DNA of 64,000 nucleotides from an uncultured Clostridium sp. (GTDB lineage Bacteria; Bacillota; Clostridia; TANB77; CAG-508): NCBI GenBank assembly GCA_948471055.1, contig CAOKQZ010000003.1, positions 64,373 to 128,372 of the forward strand, read 5' to 3'. Shown piece by piece: positions 30,801 to 37,989 of this stretch (position 1 is its first letter; each line of letters starts with the position of its first letter). The notes under the pieces were generated by a model. It saw only the letters and a program-made list of their open reading frames with translations, ran no database searches and was not told where the DNA came from. The position numbers and the translations under genes were made by a program.

Positions 30801-32303
30801 TTATCGTATAAAGAAATTAGTGTAAATTGTAAAGTCGTAACTAGCGACCCAAAATACAGTGACCGAATTGTCAACATCGCAGAAATCACCAAATTTACCG
30901 ATAAAGACGGACACGAAGTAAAAGACGTAGATTCAAGCGAAGACAATGTAAAACTACCAGAAGACGACAAACTACCAAACTACAAACAAGATGAAATCGA
31001 CAGAGGAGACAAATACATCCCAGGACAGGAAGATGATGACGATTTCGATAGTGTTGTTATTGAATACTTCGATTTAGCACTAAGAAAATTCATCACCAAA
31101 GTAAACACACTAGACTATAACAACCGTTACCCAAGTTTAAGTATGGGAGAAGACGGAAACATCAAATACGACCACACCAAAGAACCAGTACTAGTAGCAA
31201 ATGGAAACATTGTCACCTATACCATAAGAATCTACAACGAAGGAACCATGGCAGGATACGCAAGTGAAGTAACCGATGACTTACCAGAAGGATTAGTATT
31301 CTTACCAGAAAACGAAACCAATAAAGAATACCGTTGGAAAATGATAGATGAAGATGGAAACGAAACCGACAAAGTAGAAGAAGCTAAAAAAATTACCACC
31401 GATTATCTATCCAAAGACCAAGAAAAAGAAGAAGGAGCAAACTTACTAAAAGGATTTAACAAAAAAGCAGGACTTAGTGACACCAATCCAGACCATAGAG
31501 ATGTTAAAATCGCCTTCAAAGTAACTGAGCCAAACACATCCGACCGAATTCTAATAAACACTGCTGAAATCTCAGAAGACACCGATGAAGAAGGAGACCC
31601 AGTTGATGATGTAGACTCAACCCCAGGAAACGAAGACCCAGACGAAGACGACATCGATATTGAAAAAGTAAGAGTAAAATACTTCGACTTAGCCCTTAAA
31701 AAATGGGTAAGCCAAGCCATTGTAAAAGAACAAGGAAAAGATGAAGTCATTACAGAAACGGGACACACTGGAGACGAAAACCCAGAACCAGTCGTAAAAG
31801 TAGACCTAAAAGCAAAAGACATAAACAAAGTAACCGTCAAATTCCGTTACAAAATAAAAGTAACCAATGAAGGGGAAATTGAAGGATACGTAAAAGAAAT
31901 CAAAGACTACATTCCGGATGGACTAAGATTTAATGCGGCAGACAACCCAAAATGGACACAGCTTAGCGAAAAAGAAGTCGTAACCGACCAATGTAAAGAC
32001 ATATTACTAAAACCAGGAGAAAGCACCACAGTCGAAATCGTCCTAACATGGGAAAACAGCGGAGATAACTTAGGCTTAAAAGTAAACTGGGCAGAAATTA
32101 GCAAAGACTACAACGAATACGAAGATACCCCAGATATTGACTCAACACCAAACAACAAAAAACCAGGAGAAGACGACATCGACCAAGCCCCAGTAATACT
32201 AGCCATCAAAACAGGAGAGTTAAGAATTTACTTTACACTAGCTGGAATTATTCTAGTAACACTAGCCGGAGGAATTATCTTAATTAAGAAATTTGTACTA
32301 TAA
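27864..32303 (+). CDS. Giant cell-surface adhesin: signal peptide, thioester (TQxA-type) domain, five DUF11/prealbumin-like repeats, C-terminal membrane/sorting-like anchor
   Basis: 1479 aa. Candidate thioester Cys in AFYCLKAE and Gln in IQQMVIWYFT. Five repeat units begin FDLSLRKFI...TYTIRVYNEG...ITDHLP. The tail reads AIKTGELRIYFTLAGIILVTLAGGIILIKKFVL. Confidence 0.75.
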   Translation: MKLKKLIGLFMAMMFIVMATLTINVSESYAAADSYVLGLTNVREPQNGKGGAAYGFGGLKSNGMPTKKIWKIVSYPSEGNYTISYANAFYCLKAEYGFMLQADNADVTRVQKTYNLKYDMKSQKDTVLARLQAIDVFKTDPSAYNKVMWLLDNMYLPKKSTQADKIALFINADIIDNANELQYASITDDDIEVIQQMVIWYFTNNNNSNYNAETLPELLFNNWTNNDSGYNTFSDLYDTEDRESGRFRQEECELLYHYFLTEAKKQGNYVSKDAVTPLTFDKARVQTTPDNNGNYIVGPYRINRNSDLAYTTTTLGFSGASYTLLDANKNPVANNQISLNQDFYVRVPESEAGKTLKFDMNISYQRTSAYYYTKGTPNTLHTDDQPVVLVEKGPQTYTASDSIKIPTPLPFDLSLRKFISEVDGKVPTISREPQVDVTDLKAGRKTTATYNHTKAPLEVNEGSIITYTIRVYNEGKKDGYATEITDHLPPELEFLPNDSVNKSYGWSYDPSDKTNRTIKTSYLSKANGEKNLITAYDGGDTLQYKDLKVRCKLKVTTQEGKRIVNIADITAFTDRDGNTITDRDSQAKNVNLPNDNALPGYKQTEINRKDPYIPGQQDDDDFDSVYIKVKPFDLSLRKFISAVNGEAPKTSREPIVDITGLKAGTSTTAIYNHPKAPLSVEIGDIVTYTIRVYNEGQKDGYVNEITDHLPAQLEFLPEDEENIANGWYYDESDTTLRTIKTAHLSKTVDSDNIIKAFNGTQLDYKEVKVKCKVIAPPTFEKRIVNIADITKFSDKYGNPVTDRDSQGANVQLPPDETLPNYKLDEINRGDKYIPGQQDDDDFDSVRIIYFDLSLRKFITAVNGKVPEVSREPVVDITGLQNKTTTTATYNHPKAPLTVRVGDIVTYTIRVYNEGPKDGYASEITDHLPAHLEFLPEDEENKAKGWVYDETDKTHRTIKTDYLSKEKSEKNLIKAFDGNTLSYKEISVNCKVVTSDPKYSDRIVNIAEITKFTDKDGHEVKDVDSSEDNVKLPEDDKLPNYKQDEIDRGDKYIPGQEDDDDFDSVVIEYFDLALRKFITKVNTLDYNNRYPSLSMGEDGNIKYDHTKEPVLVANGNIVTYTIRIYNEGTMAGYASEVTDDLPEGLVFLPENETNKEYRWKMIDEDGNETDKVEEAKKITTDYLSKDQEKEEGANLLKGFNKKAGLSDTNPDHRDVKIAFKVTEPNTSDRILINTAEISEDTDEEGDPVDDVDSTPGNEDPDEDDIDIEKVRVKYFDLALKKWVSQAIVKEQGKDEVITETGHTGDENPEPVVKVDLKAKDINKVTVKFRYKIKVTNEGEIEGYVKEIKDYIPDGLRFNAADNPKWTQLSEKEVVTDQCKDILLKPGESTTVEIVLTWENSGDNLGLKVNWAEISKDYNEYEDTPDIDSTPNNKKPGEDDIDQAPVILAIKTGELRIYFTLAGIILVTLAGGIILIKKFVL
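29094..31680 (+). repeat. About 650-nt tandem coding repeats within the adhesin (units start near 29094, 29755, 30411, 31066; a fifth, diverged unit follows at about 31681)
   Basis: Repeated blocks FDLSLRKFISEVDGK / FDLSLRKFISAVNGE / FDLSLRKFITAVNGK / FDLALRKFITKVN, each ending YIPGQQDDDDFDSV. Confidence 0.8.
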
Positions 32304-32314
32304 GAACAAATAAA

Positions 32315-32345
32315 TAGAGAATAGCGTTTGCTATTCTCTATTTAT
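32315..32345 (+). terminator. Terminator after the adhesin gene
   Basis: TAGAGAATAGC gttt GCTATTCTCTA followed by TTTAT. Confidence 0.65.
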
Positions 32346-32396
32346 ATATGCAAAAAATCGCCCCTACAAGGTAAACAAAAACAAGAAATATAGATT

Positions 32397-33785
32397 TTAA
32401 CGTGATTTTGTATATAATTGTTTACAATGTTTCTCATACCAATTTACAACATATTCTAACCCCATACCACCTAACAAAATAACAGCAATTTGTGGGTTAT
32501 AATAATACCTTGCATTTACCTCAATTAACAAATAAACACCAAAATAAACGAGCAAATTAATCATAAAAAACAAACCAATCGAATGTTGTAGATTGTCGGT
32601 AGAATGATTAGTAAGCAAAGATTTTTCTACATTTTTTCGCCTTGCATGTACTAGAATACCAATAAATGCCAAAGCAAGGATAAAAACATTGATGACCTTG
32701 ATGTAATTTATGGCGACATGCATCACCTTATTCGAAATTTTAGAGGCATGATTTGCATTAAAACTAAATTCCAAATCACTATATAGCCATTGAATTTGAA
32801 TTTTATTATAGAATAACCCAGGAATTCGTTTAACATCCGTAATCCTTTCAAACAAAACCTCTTTTTCCTTTTCGAGAGAATCTCCATATTGATCATCTGC
32901 TGGATTATTTTTTCCATTATACTCGTAATTAAAGCCAAGCAAAAACTTCCAGTACGAATTTGTATTCTTCAATCCAATCTCACTAACTCCTGATTTTATT
33001 AATACAAAAGAAGCTAGATTGGTAATTAGCAGTGCAGAAACTACAACAATAGCAGTATTTTTTAAAATCAATTTAATATCTTTTAAGGTAAACACATAAT
33101 AAATAAAAATTGTAAGCAAATACACGATTCCTTCAGGACGTTCAATATTTCCAAGACCAATGAAAAGTCCAGCAATTAGTAGATGTATCCAATGATATTT
33201 CTTATGGAACAAGAAATATATTCCAATGAGAGTAAGCATAAGCGATAATTGTTGGTTACTAAGTGTCATATTTAAATAAATCGGATACAATGAAATACTA
33301 TAAATTAAACTCATCATACGAGAAGAATTTTCGCTTACCATCTTTTTTAATAAAAGATACACAAAAAGCACAATTATAGAAGAATATACACAATTTAAAA
33401 TCTTCAAAAACATCACATTATTAAAAATTTTTAGCATAAGAGCTTGGTAAAACACATGACCTAACTGATAGCCCCAATTTGAAAAATAAAACGATGTTCC
33501 AAACGAAAAATCCCCATGAATAGCACTAATCGCAGCATCATACATAATATAATAATCCGATTGAATGGGAATTTCTACCAACAAAACAGCAACAATTCGA
33601 GTCATTAACGAAAATAAAAACAAGAAAAGCGGAAAATTCTTAATTTTAACCTTTTTCGTAAATAGAAACACCAATAAAAAGGATAAAACAGACAATAGCA
33701 AGCCGTTTTCTAATGTAACAATACTAATCATGACCCCAACTACAAACAAGCACACAAACAAAAATAATTTTGTAAGTTTTTCCAT
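32397..33785 (-). CDS. Polytopic membrane glycosyltransferase-like protein (PMT_2 / GT39/GT83-like)
   Basis: 462 aa with more than 10 predicted TM segments and an early loop QSDYYIMYDAAISAIHGDF, typical of ArnT/PMT-type enzymes. Family call is by pattern only. Confidence 0.45.
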   Translation of the reverse strand: MEKLTKLFLFVCLFVVGVMISIVTLENGLLLSVLSFLLVFLFTKKVKIKNFPLFLFLFSLMTRIVAVLLVEIPIQSDYYIMYDAAISAIHGDFSFGTSFYFSNWGYQLGHVFYQALMLKIFNNVMFLKILNCVYSSIIVLFVYLLLKKMVSENSSRMMSLIYSISLYPIYLNMTLSNQQLSLMLTLIGIYFLFHKKYHWIHLLIAGLFIGLGNIERPEGIVYLLTIFIYYVFTLKDIKLILKNTAIVVVSALLITNLASFVLIKSGVSEIGLKNTNSYWKFLLGFNYEYNGKNNPADDQYGDSLEKEKEVLFERITDVKRIPGLFYNKIQIQWLYSDLEFSFNANHASKISNKVMHVAINYIKVINVFILALAFIGILVHARRKNVEKSLLTNHSTDNLQHSIGLFFMINLLVYFGVYLLIEVNARYYYNPQIAVILLGGMGLEYVVNWYEKHCKQLYTKSR

Positions 33786-33889
33786 AAATTACCTCCCATC
33801 AATTAAAAAATCTTTTTTCGTAACTTACTGTATCACAGATTACTTTTGACGTCAAGAAAAGTAAAAAACAACCAAGGTGATTTCACGAA

Positions 33890-33909
33890 ATATTACAAAA
33901 ATGTAATAT
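33890..33909. promoter_or_regulatory. Perfect palindrome ATATTACAaaaaTGTAATAT shared with the adhesin promoter
   Basis: Lies in the divergent region between the GT-like gene and the 34156 operon. It differs at 1 of 20 positions from 27668-27687. Confidence 0.35.
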
Positions 33910-33975
33910 TTACAATTTAAGAAATAAGTGTTAAACTAATTTTATTGAAAAAGTCCCACGAAGCCTTGCAAGAAA

Positions 33976-34025
33976 GCCCCTTTAACAAGGGGGCTGGCAC
34001 GCGGGAGCGTGACTGGGGGTTCTTA
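33976..34025 (-). repeat. GC-rich intergenic repeat family, copy C (inverted orientation)
   Basis: Reverse complement TAAGAACCCCCAGTCACGCTCCCGCGTGCCAGCCCCCTTGTTAAAGGGGC matches copies A and B. Confidence 0.6.
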
Positions 34026-34097
34026 AAAATGAATTTATATAAAAAGCAATTATTTCTGAATAGTTACTACAAAACAAAAAAATCATTTCACAAAATG

Positions 34098-34126
34098 TTT
34101 ACAACCAAAAAACCTTATGGTATAAT
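34098..34126 (+). promoter_or_regulatory. Putative promoter of the 34156 operon
   Basis: TTTACA-17 nt-TATAAT with extended TG (tatgGTATAAT). Confidence 0.5.
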
Positions 34127-34155
34127 CTTCCTAGAAAGAAGAGGTGTAAAACCAT

Positions 34156-35073
34156 ATGAATCAAATATTACAAACTGAAAACAAGCCAAAAGGTCCAATT
34201 GAGATAAAGAAGATTGTGAAATTTTTTGCAGTTGTTATGATTTTATTTGGTGCTATCCTAATTGTAGGAGGTTCATATGCTATGTTTACCGGAACAAAAG
34301 AAGAAACCAAAAAAGGAGTACAAGCATCCGTTCCAGATGTAACCATAACAAAAGAACAAGAAAATCTTGCCATTAAAATAAACCATACCAAACCAATTAC
34401 CAGTGTTACTTATCATTGGAATGAAGAAGCAGCCCAAACAATAGAAACACGTAATAGTTTAACGGTTTCAGATATAATTAGTCTCCCATTTGGCAATAAT
34501 AAACTATATATAACCGTCACCGACCAAGAAGGAAAAGAAACCACTTACGAAAAAGAATATGTTTCCGATGGTGATGGTAGACCAGTCATCGAATTACTAT
34601 TAACCAAGGAAAATAAAATACGAATTAAAGCACAAGATGCAAAAGGACTTAAATATATTCGTTATACATGGAATAGTGGAAATTATGTAACAATAGAAGC
34701 CAATATAGAAGACTTAAAACTAATTGATGAACTAGCAGAAATTCCATTAGGTCAAAACACTTTACGAGTAGAAGCCGTTAACATTGATAACATGATTACC
34801 ACAAAGGAAATTGAAGTAAAAGGAGTAAAAAGACCAACCGTTTCATTAAGACAAGAGGGAAAAAGATTAATTATCCATGTAGAAGATGAACAACAAATAA
34901 AAGTAGTCAACTTCGTATTAAATGGTCAAAAATACCAAATGAATATGGGAGTCGTAAAAGTAATTGACCATGCCATCGATTTAATTCCAGGAGAAAACCG
35001 AATTGAACTTGTAGCAGAAAATATGGAAGGTGGCATTACAGAAGTAAACGGTAAATGCATTGTAGAAGAATAA
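34156..35073 (+). CDS. Membrane-anchored protein with repeated beta-rich (Ig-like) modules; function unknown
   Basis: 305 aa. N-terminal TM segment FFAVVMILFGAILIVGG, then three modules of about 85 aa with similar pattern (...ITV/ IRYTWN / NRIELVAEN). Confidence 0.4.
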   Translation: MNQILQTENKPKGPIEIKKIVKFFAVVMILFGAILIVGGSYAMFTGTKEETKKGVQASVPDVTITKEQENLAIKINHTKPITSVTYHWNEEAAQTIETRNSLTVSDIISLPFGNNKLYITVTDQEGKETTYEKEYVSDGDGRPVIELLLTKENKIRIKAQDAKGLKYIRYTWNSGNYVTIEANIEDLKLIDELAEIPLGQNTLRVEAVNIDNMITTKEIEVKGVKRPTVSLRQEGKRLIIHVEDEQQIKVVNFVLNGQKYQMNMGVVKVIDHAIDLIPGENRIELVAENMEGGITEVNGKCIVEE

Positions 35074-35139
35074 AATCATAAAAGAGAAGGTAATCACAAA
35101 AGCCTTCTCTATTATGCTTTAAAAAAGGAATGAAACAAT

Positions 35140-35916
35140 ATGGACAATATCCTAATCATAAAAATGATTGCCTATTTCATTATCTATTCGTTCTTTGGAT
35201 GGGTAATGGAATCTATATTAAAAACATACTTACAAAAAAAGCCAGTTAATAGCGGGTTTTTATATGGACCCTTTTGTCCAATTTATGGATTTGGAGCCAT
35301 ATTTATGCTACTATTTTTACAAGGCTACAAAAAAAATCCCATCTTATTATTCATCATTGCATTTTTTACCATGTCCCTATGGGAATATATGGTAGGCTGG
35401 TTACTAGAAAAAATATTTCACACAAAATACTGGGATTACACAGAAAACAAATTTAATATAAAAGGAAGAGTTTGTTTACTAAACTCTCTATTTTGGGGAT
35501 TTTTGGGAGTTATCTTTATTTGTTACATACATCCATTCTTGGCAGGAAAAATTGATTTCATTTCAAACAACATATTAATGTTTAATGTTATTATGGTAAG
35601 CCTTGCTATTGTGGTAGACACCATTGTTAGTGCTGTAAAAGTAAGTAATATAAAAGGAAAACTAGAAAAATTAAAAGAAATCACAGAAATGATAAAAGAA
35701 AAGATTGAAGAATTAGAAAAGAAACAAGTTAATAAAGAAAGCTTACAAACGGTTATTGAAGAATTAAAATACAAACAAACTACATTAAAACGAAAACTAA
35801 TACGCCAAACCAATCATTTAAAAAAGGCCTTTCCAACCATTAAATCAGACGCCATTGAAAAAATAAATGAATTTTTAAAAGAAAAAAAGGAAAGTATTCG
35901 TAAAGGGAAAGATTAA
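35140..35916 (+). CDS. DUF1113 / putative ABC-transporter type IV membrane protein with C-terminal coiled coil
   Basis: FIIYSFFGWVMESI and YGPFCPIYGFGA signatures, with a lysine/glutamate-rich helical tail. Confidence 0.6.
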   Translation: MDNILIIKMIAYFIIYSFFGWVMESILKTYLQKKPVNSGFLYGPFCPIYGFGAIFMLLFLQGYKKNPILLFIIAFFTMSLWEYMVGWLLEKIFHTKYWDYTENKFNIKGRVCLLNSLFWGFLGVIFICYIHPFLAGKIDFISNNILMFNVIMVSLAIVVDTIVSAVKVSNIKGKLEKLKEITEMIKEKIEELEKKQVNKESLQTVIEELKYKQTTLKRKLIRQTNHLKKAFPTIKSDAIEKINEFLKEKKESIRKGKD

Positions 35917-35927
35917 AGGAGAAAATT

Positions 35928-36863
35928 ATGGTACAAGAAATTTATATTATTGATGATAGTGAAGAACTAACAAAAAACATGAACCAAATCTTTGAAAAAG
36001 AAAAAGAATATAAATTTAAAAATGTGAAAACACAAGATATTGATATTGCACTCAAAAGTATTCCTTCACTTATTATCATTCAGGAAGAAGGAATTAAGAA
36101 GGATATTTTCGAGTTATGCACACAAATTAGGGAAGATGAAGACAATAGTATTACTCCCATTATTGTGTTAGGAAATACGTGGGAAAAAGAACATCGTATT
36201 TCTATTTTAAAACTAAATGTAGCCTATTATATCGTAAAACCAATCGACCAAGATTATATCTACTATACCATTAAAAATTTAGTAAGATTAATGTATATGA
36301 ACAGGCGTGTAAGCCCATTAACAGGACTTCCAGGAAATGTACAAATACAAACAGAAATTAAAAAACGTTTATTAAAAAAAGAAAAATTTGCAGTCATCTA
36401 TGTAGATTTAGACAATTTTAAATCGTATAACGATTTATATGGTTTTAGCAAAGGAGACGAAATCATCAAATTTACAGCAAGAACCATTAGTAGAAACATT
36501 CACAATAGCGATTGTGAAAATAGTTTTGTAGGACATATTGGTGGGGACGACTTCATCGCCCTTGTATCTAACACCGATTATGAAAAAATTTGTAAAGACA
36601 TCATCCATGAATTTGATGAAAATGTACTAACCTATTTCTCAAAAGAAGATGCCGAAAAAGGCTATGTAGAAGTAGCAAACCGAAGAGGAATTATCGAACA
36701 ATTCCCTCTAACTTCCATTTCCATTGGTGTAGTAGAAGTAGAAGAAAACCGCTTCCACAGTACATTAGAAATCGGAGAAGTAGGAGCACAAGTAAAACAC
36801 CTAGCCAAAACCACAGTAGGCAGTAGTTATGTAATTGATCGAAGAAACGAAATTAGGAAATAA
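35928..36863 (+). CDS. Pseudo-receiver plus GGDEF-family (GGDDF) domain protein
   Basis: The REC-like N-terminus has IIDDSEE and YIVKP, but Gln (LIIIQEE) where the phospho-acceptor Asp is expected. The GGDEF domain has SPLTGLPGN and HIGGDDFIAL. Confidence 0.7.
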   Translation: MVQEIYIIDDSEELTKNMNQIFEKEKEYKFKNVKTQDIDIALKSIPSLIIIQEEGIKKDIFELCTQIREDEDNSITPIIVLGNTWEKEHRISILKLNVAYYIVKPIDQDYIYYTIKNLVRLMYMNRRVSPLTGLPGNVQIQTEIKKRLLKKEKFAVIYVDLDNFKSYNDLYGFSKGDEIIKFTARTISRNIHNSDCENSFVGHIGGDDFIALVSNTDYEKICKDIIHEFDENVLTYFSKEDAEKGYVEVANRRGIIEQFPLTSISIGVVEVEENRFHSTLEIGEVGAQVKHLAKTTVGSSYVIDRRNEIRK

Positions 36864-36865
36864 GT

Positions 36866-36890
36866 GTAGGGGTTGCATATCTGCAGGCCC
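36866..36890 (+). repeat. GTAG-headed hairpin (REP-like), copy c
   Basis: GTAG GGGTTGCA tatc TGCAGGCCC, imperfect, immediately after the stop at 36863. Confidence 0.45.
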
Positions 36891-36958
36891 TTAAATAAAA
36901 TTCATATAAAATAAAAATACCGCATACAATATACAAAAAAGAAAAATAGGAGAAACAC

Positions 36959-37669
36959 ATGATTTTATTACAAAGAAAACGTATGTTACTTATTTTAGGA
37001 GCGGTATTCCTTTCCATTTTTAGTTTTTTATTTGGTTCAAATTACATGTACAAAACGGTAGAAACAGTAAGTCTGCCAGTAAGTGGTAAGACAATCATAC
37101 TAGATGCAGGGCATGGCGGAGAAGACCAAGGAGCAGAGTCGAAAAATGGTACTACCGAAGCAAAAACCAATTTAGCCATCACTTTAAAAGTGCAAAAATT
37201 ACTAGAACAAAGCGGATGTAATGTTATTCTTACGCGTTCAGACGACAAAGCAATATATGATATAGATGCCAAAACCCTAAGGCAAAAAAAATCCTCAGAC
37301 ATCAAAAACCGAGTCAAAATTGGAAACGAATCAAGTGCCGATATTTTTGTTAGCATTCACTTAAATAAAATACCACAAAACCAGTATTACGGGTGGCAAA
37401 CCTTTTATAAAAATGGAAATGAACAAGGCAAAAAACTTGCTACCAGCATCCAAAATTCTTTAAACCAAGCCATCGAAAAAGAAAACAAACGAGTCCCTTT
37501 AAAAATAGACAATGTCTATATCATAAAAAACGTAGAAATACCAACCAGTATTGTAGAATGTGGATTTTTATCCAACGAAGAAGAAGAAAAACAACTAATG
37601 AACGAAGAATACCAAGACAAATTAGCATGGGGTATCTACACAGGCATTATATCCTATTTTTATGAATAA
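36959..37669 (+). CDS. cwlD: N-acetylmuramoyl-L-alanine amidase, germination-specific CwlD type
   Basis: 236 aa. N-terminal TM segment, ILDAGHGGEDQGA, FVSIHLN, ECGFLSN. Confidence 0.8.
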   Translation: MILLQRKRMLLILGAVFLSIFSFLFGSNYMYKTVETVSLPVSGKTIILDAGHGGEDQGAESKNGTTEAKTNLAITLKVQKLLEQSGCNVILTRSDDKAIYDIDAKTLRQKKSSDIKNRVKIGNESSADIFVSIHLNKIPQNQYYGWQTFYKNGNEQGKKLATSIQNSLNQAIEKENKRVPLKIDNVYIIKNVEIPTSIVECGFLSNEEEEKQLMNEEYQDKLAWGIYTGIISYFYE

Positions 37670-37859
37670 GAACCCCCAGTCGCTCCGCGCCAGCCCCCTT
37701 AAGTAAAGGGGCCTTTGTATACTGCTATTTCTTCGAAGGCAAACCCTATATAAGCCTCCTTTATTTAAGGGAGGTTAAGATAGCTGTTAACGAACGTTAG
37801 TGAGTGTTACAGATATCTTATATGAAATGGCAGTCCGAAGGACTGACGGAGGGTTCTTA
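37667..37859 (+). repeat. GC-rich intergenic repeat family, copy B: about 190-nt unit bounded by inverted ends
   Basis: Ends TAAGAACCCCCAGTC ... GACGGAGGGTTCTTA are inverted repeats. Internal hairpins include GCCCCCTTaagtaAAGGGGC, CCTCCTTTatttAAGGGAGG and CAGTCCgaaGGACTG. Confidence 0.6.
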
Positions 37860-37989
37860 AAACTAAATATTTATTTTCGAACATCAACCGATAAGTTAGA
37901 AAAAATCAAAAAAAGATTGATTTTTTCTAACTTATTGGTTATAATAAATAAGCACAAACAAAAATTTGGAAAAACAAAAGGAGAAAAAC

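Noticed and set aside
32200-32303. LPXTG sortase motif at the adhesin C-terminus
   Set aside because: No LPXTG/SPXTG/NPQTG is present. Only AIKTG precedes the hydrophobic segment, so wall anchoring is left as uncertain rather than called.
33945-34178. Track ORFs 33945..34178 and 37800..38015
   Set aside because: Both start with non-ATG codons inside the GC-rich repeat units, lack an RBS, and overlap the true downstream starts (34156 and pcrA 37990). They are spurious.
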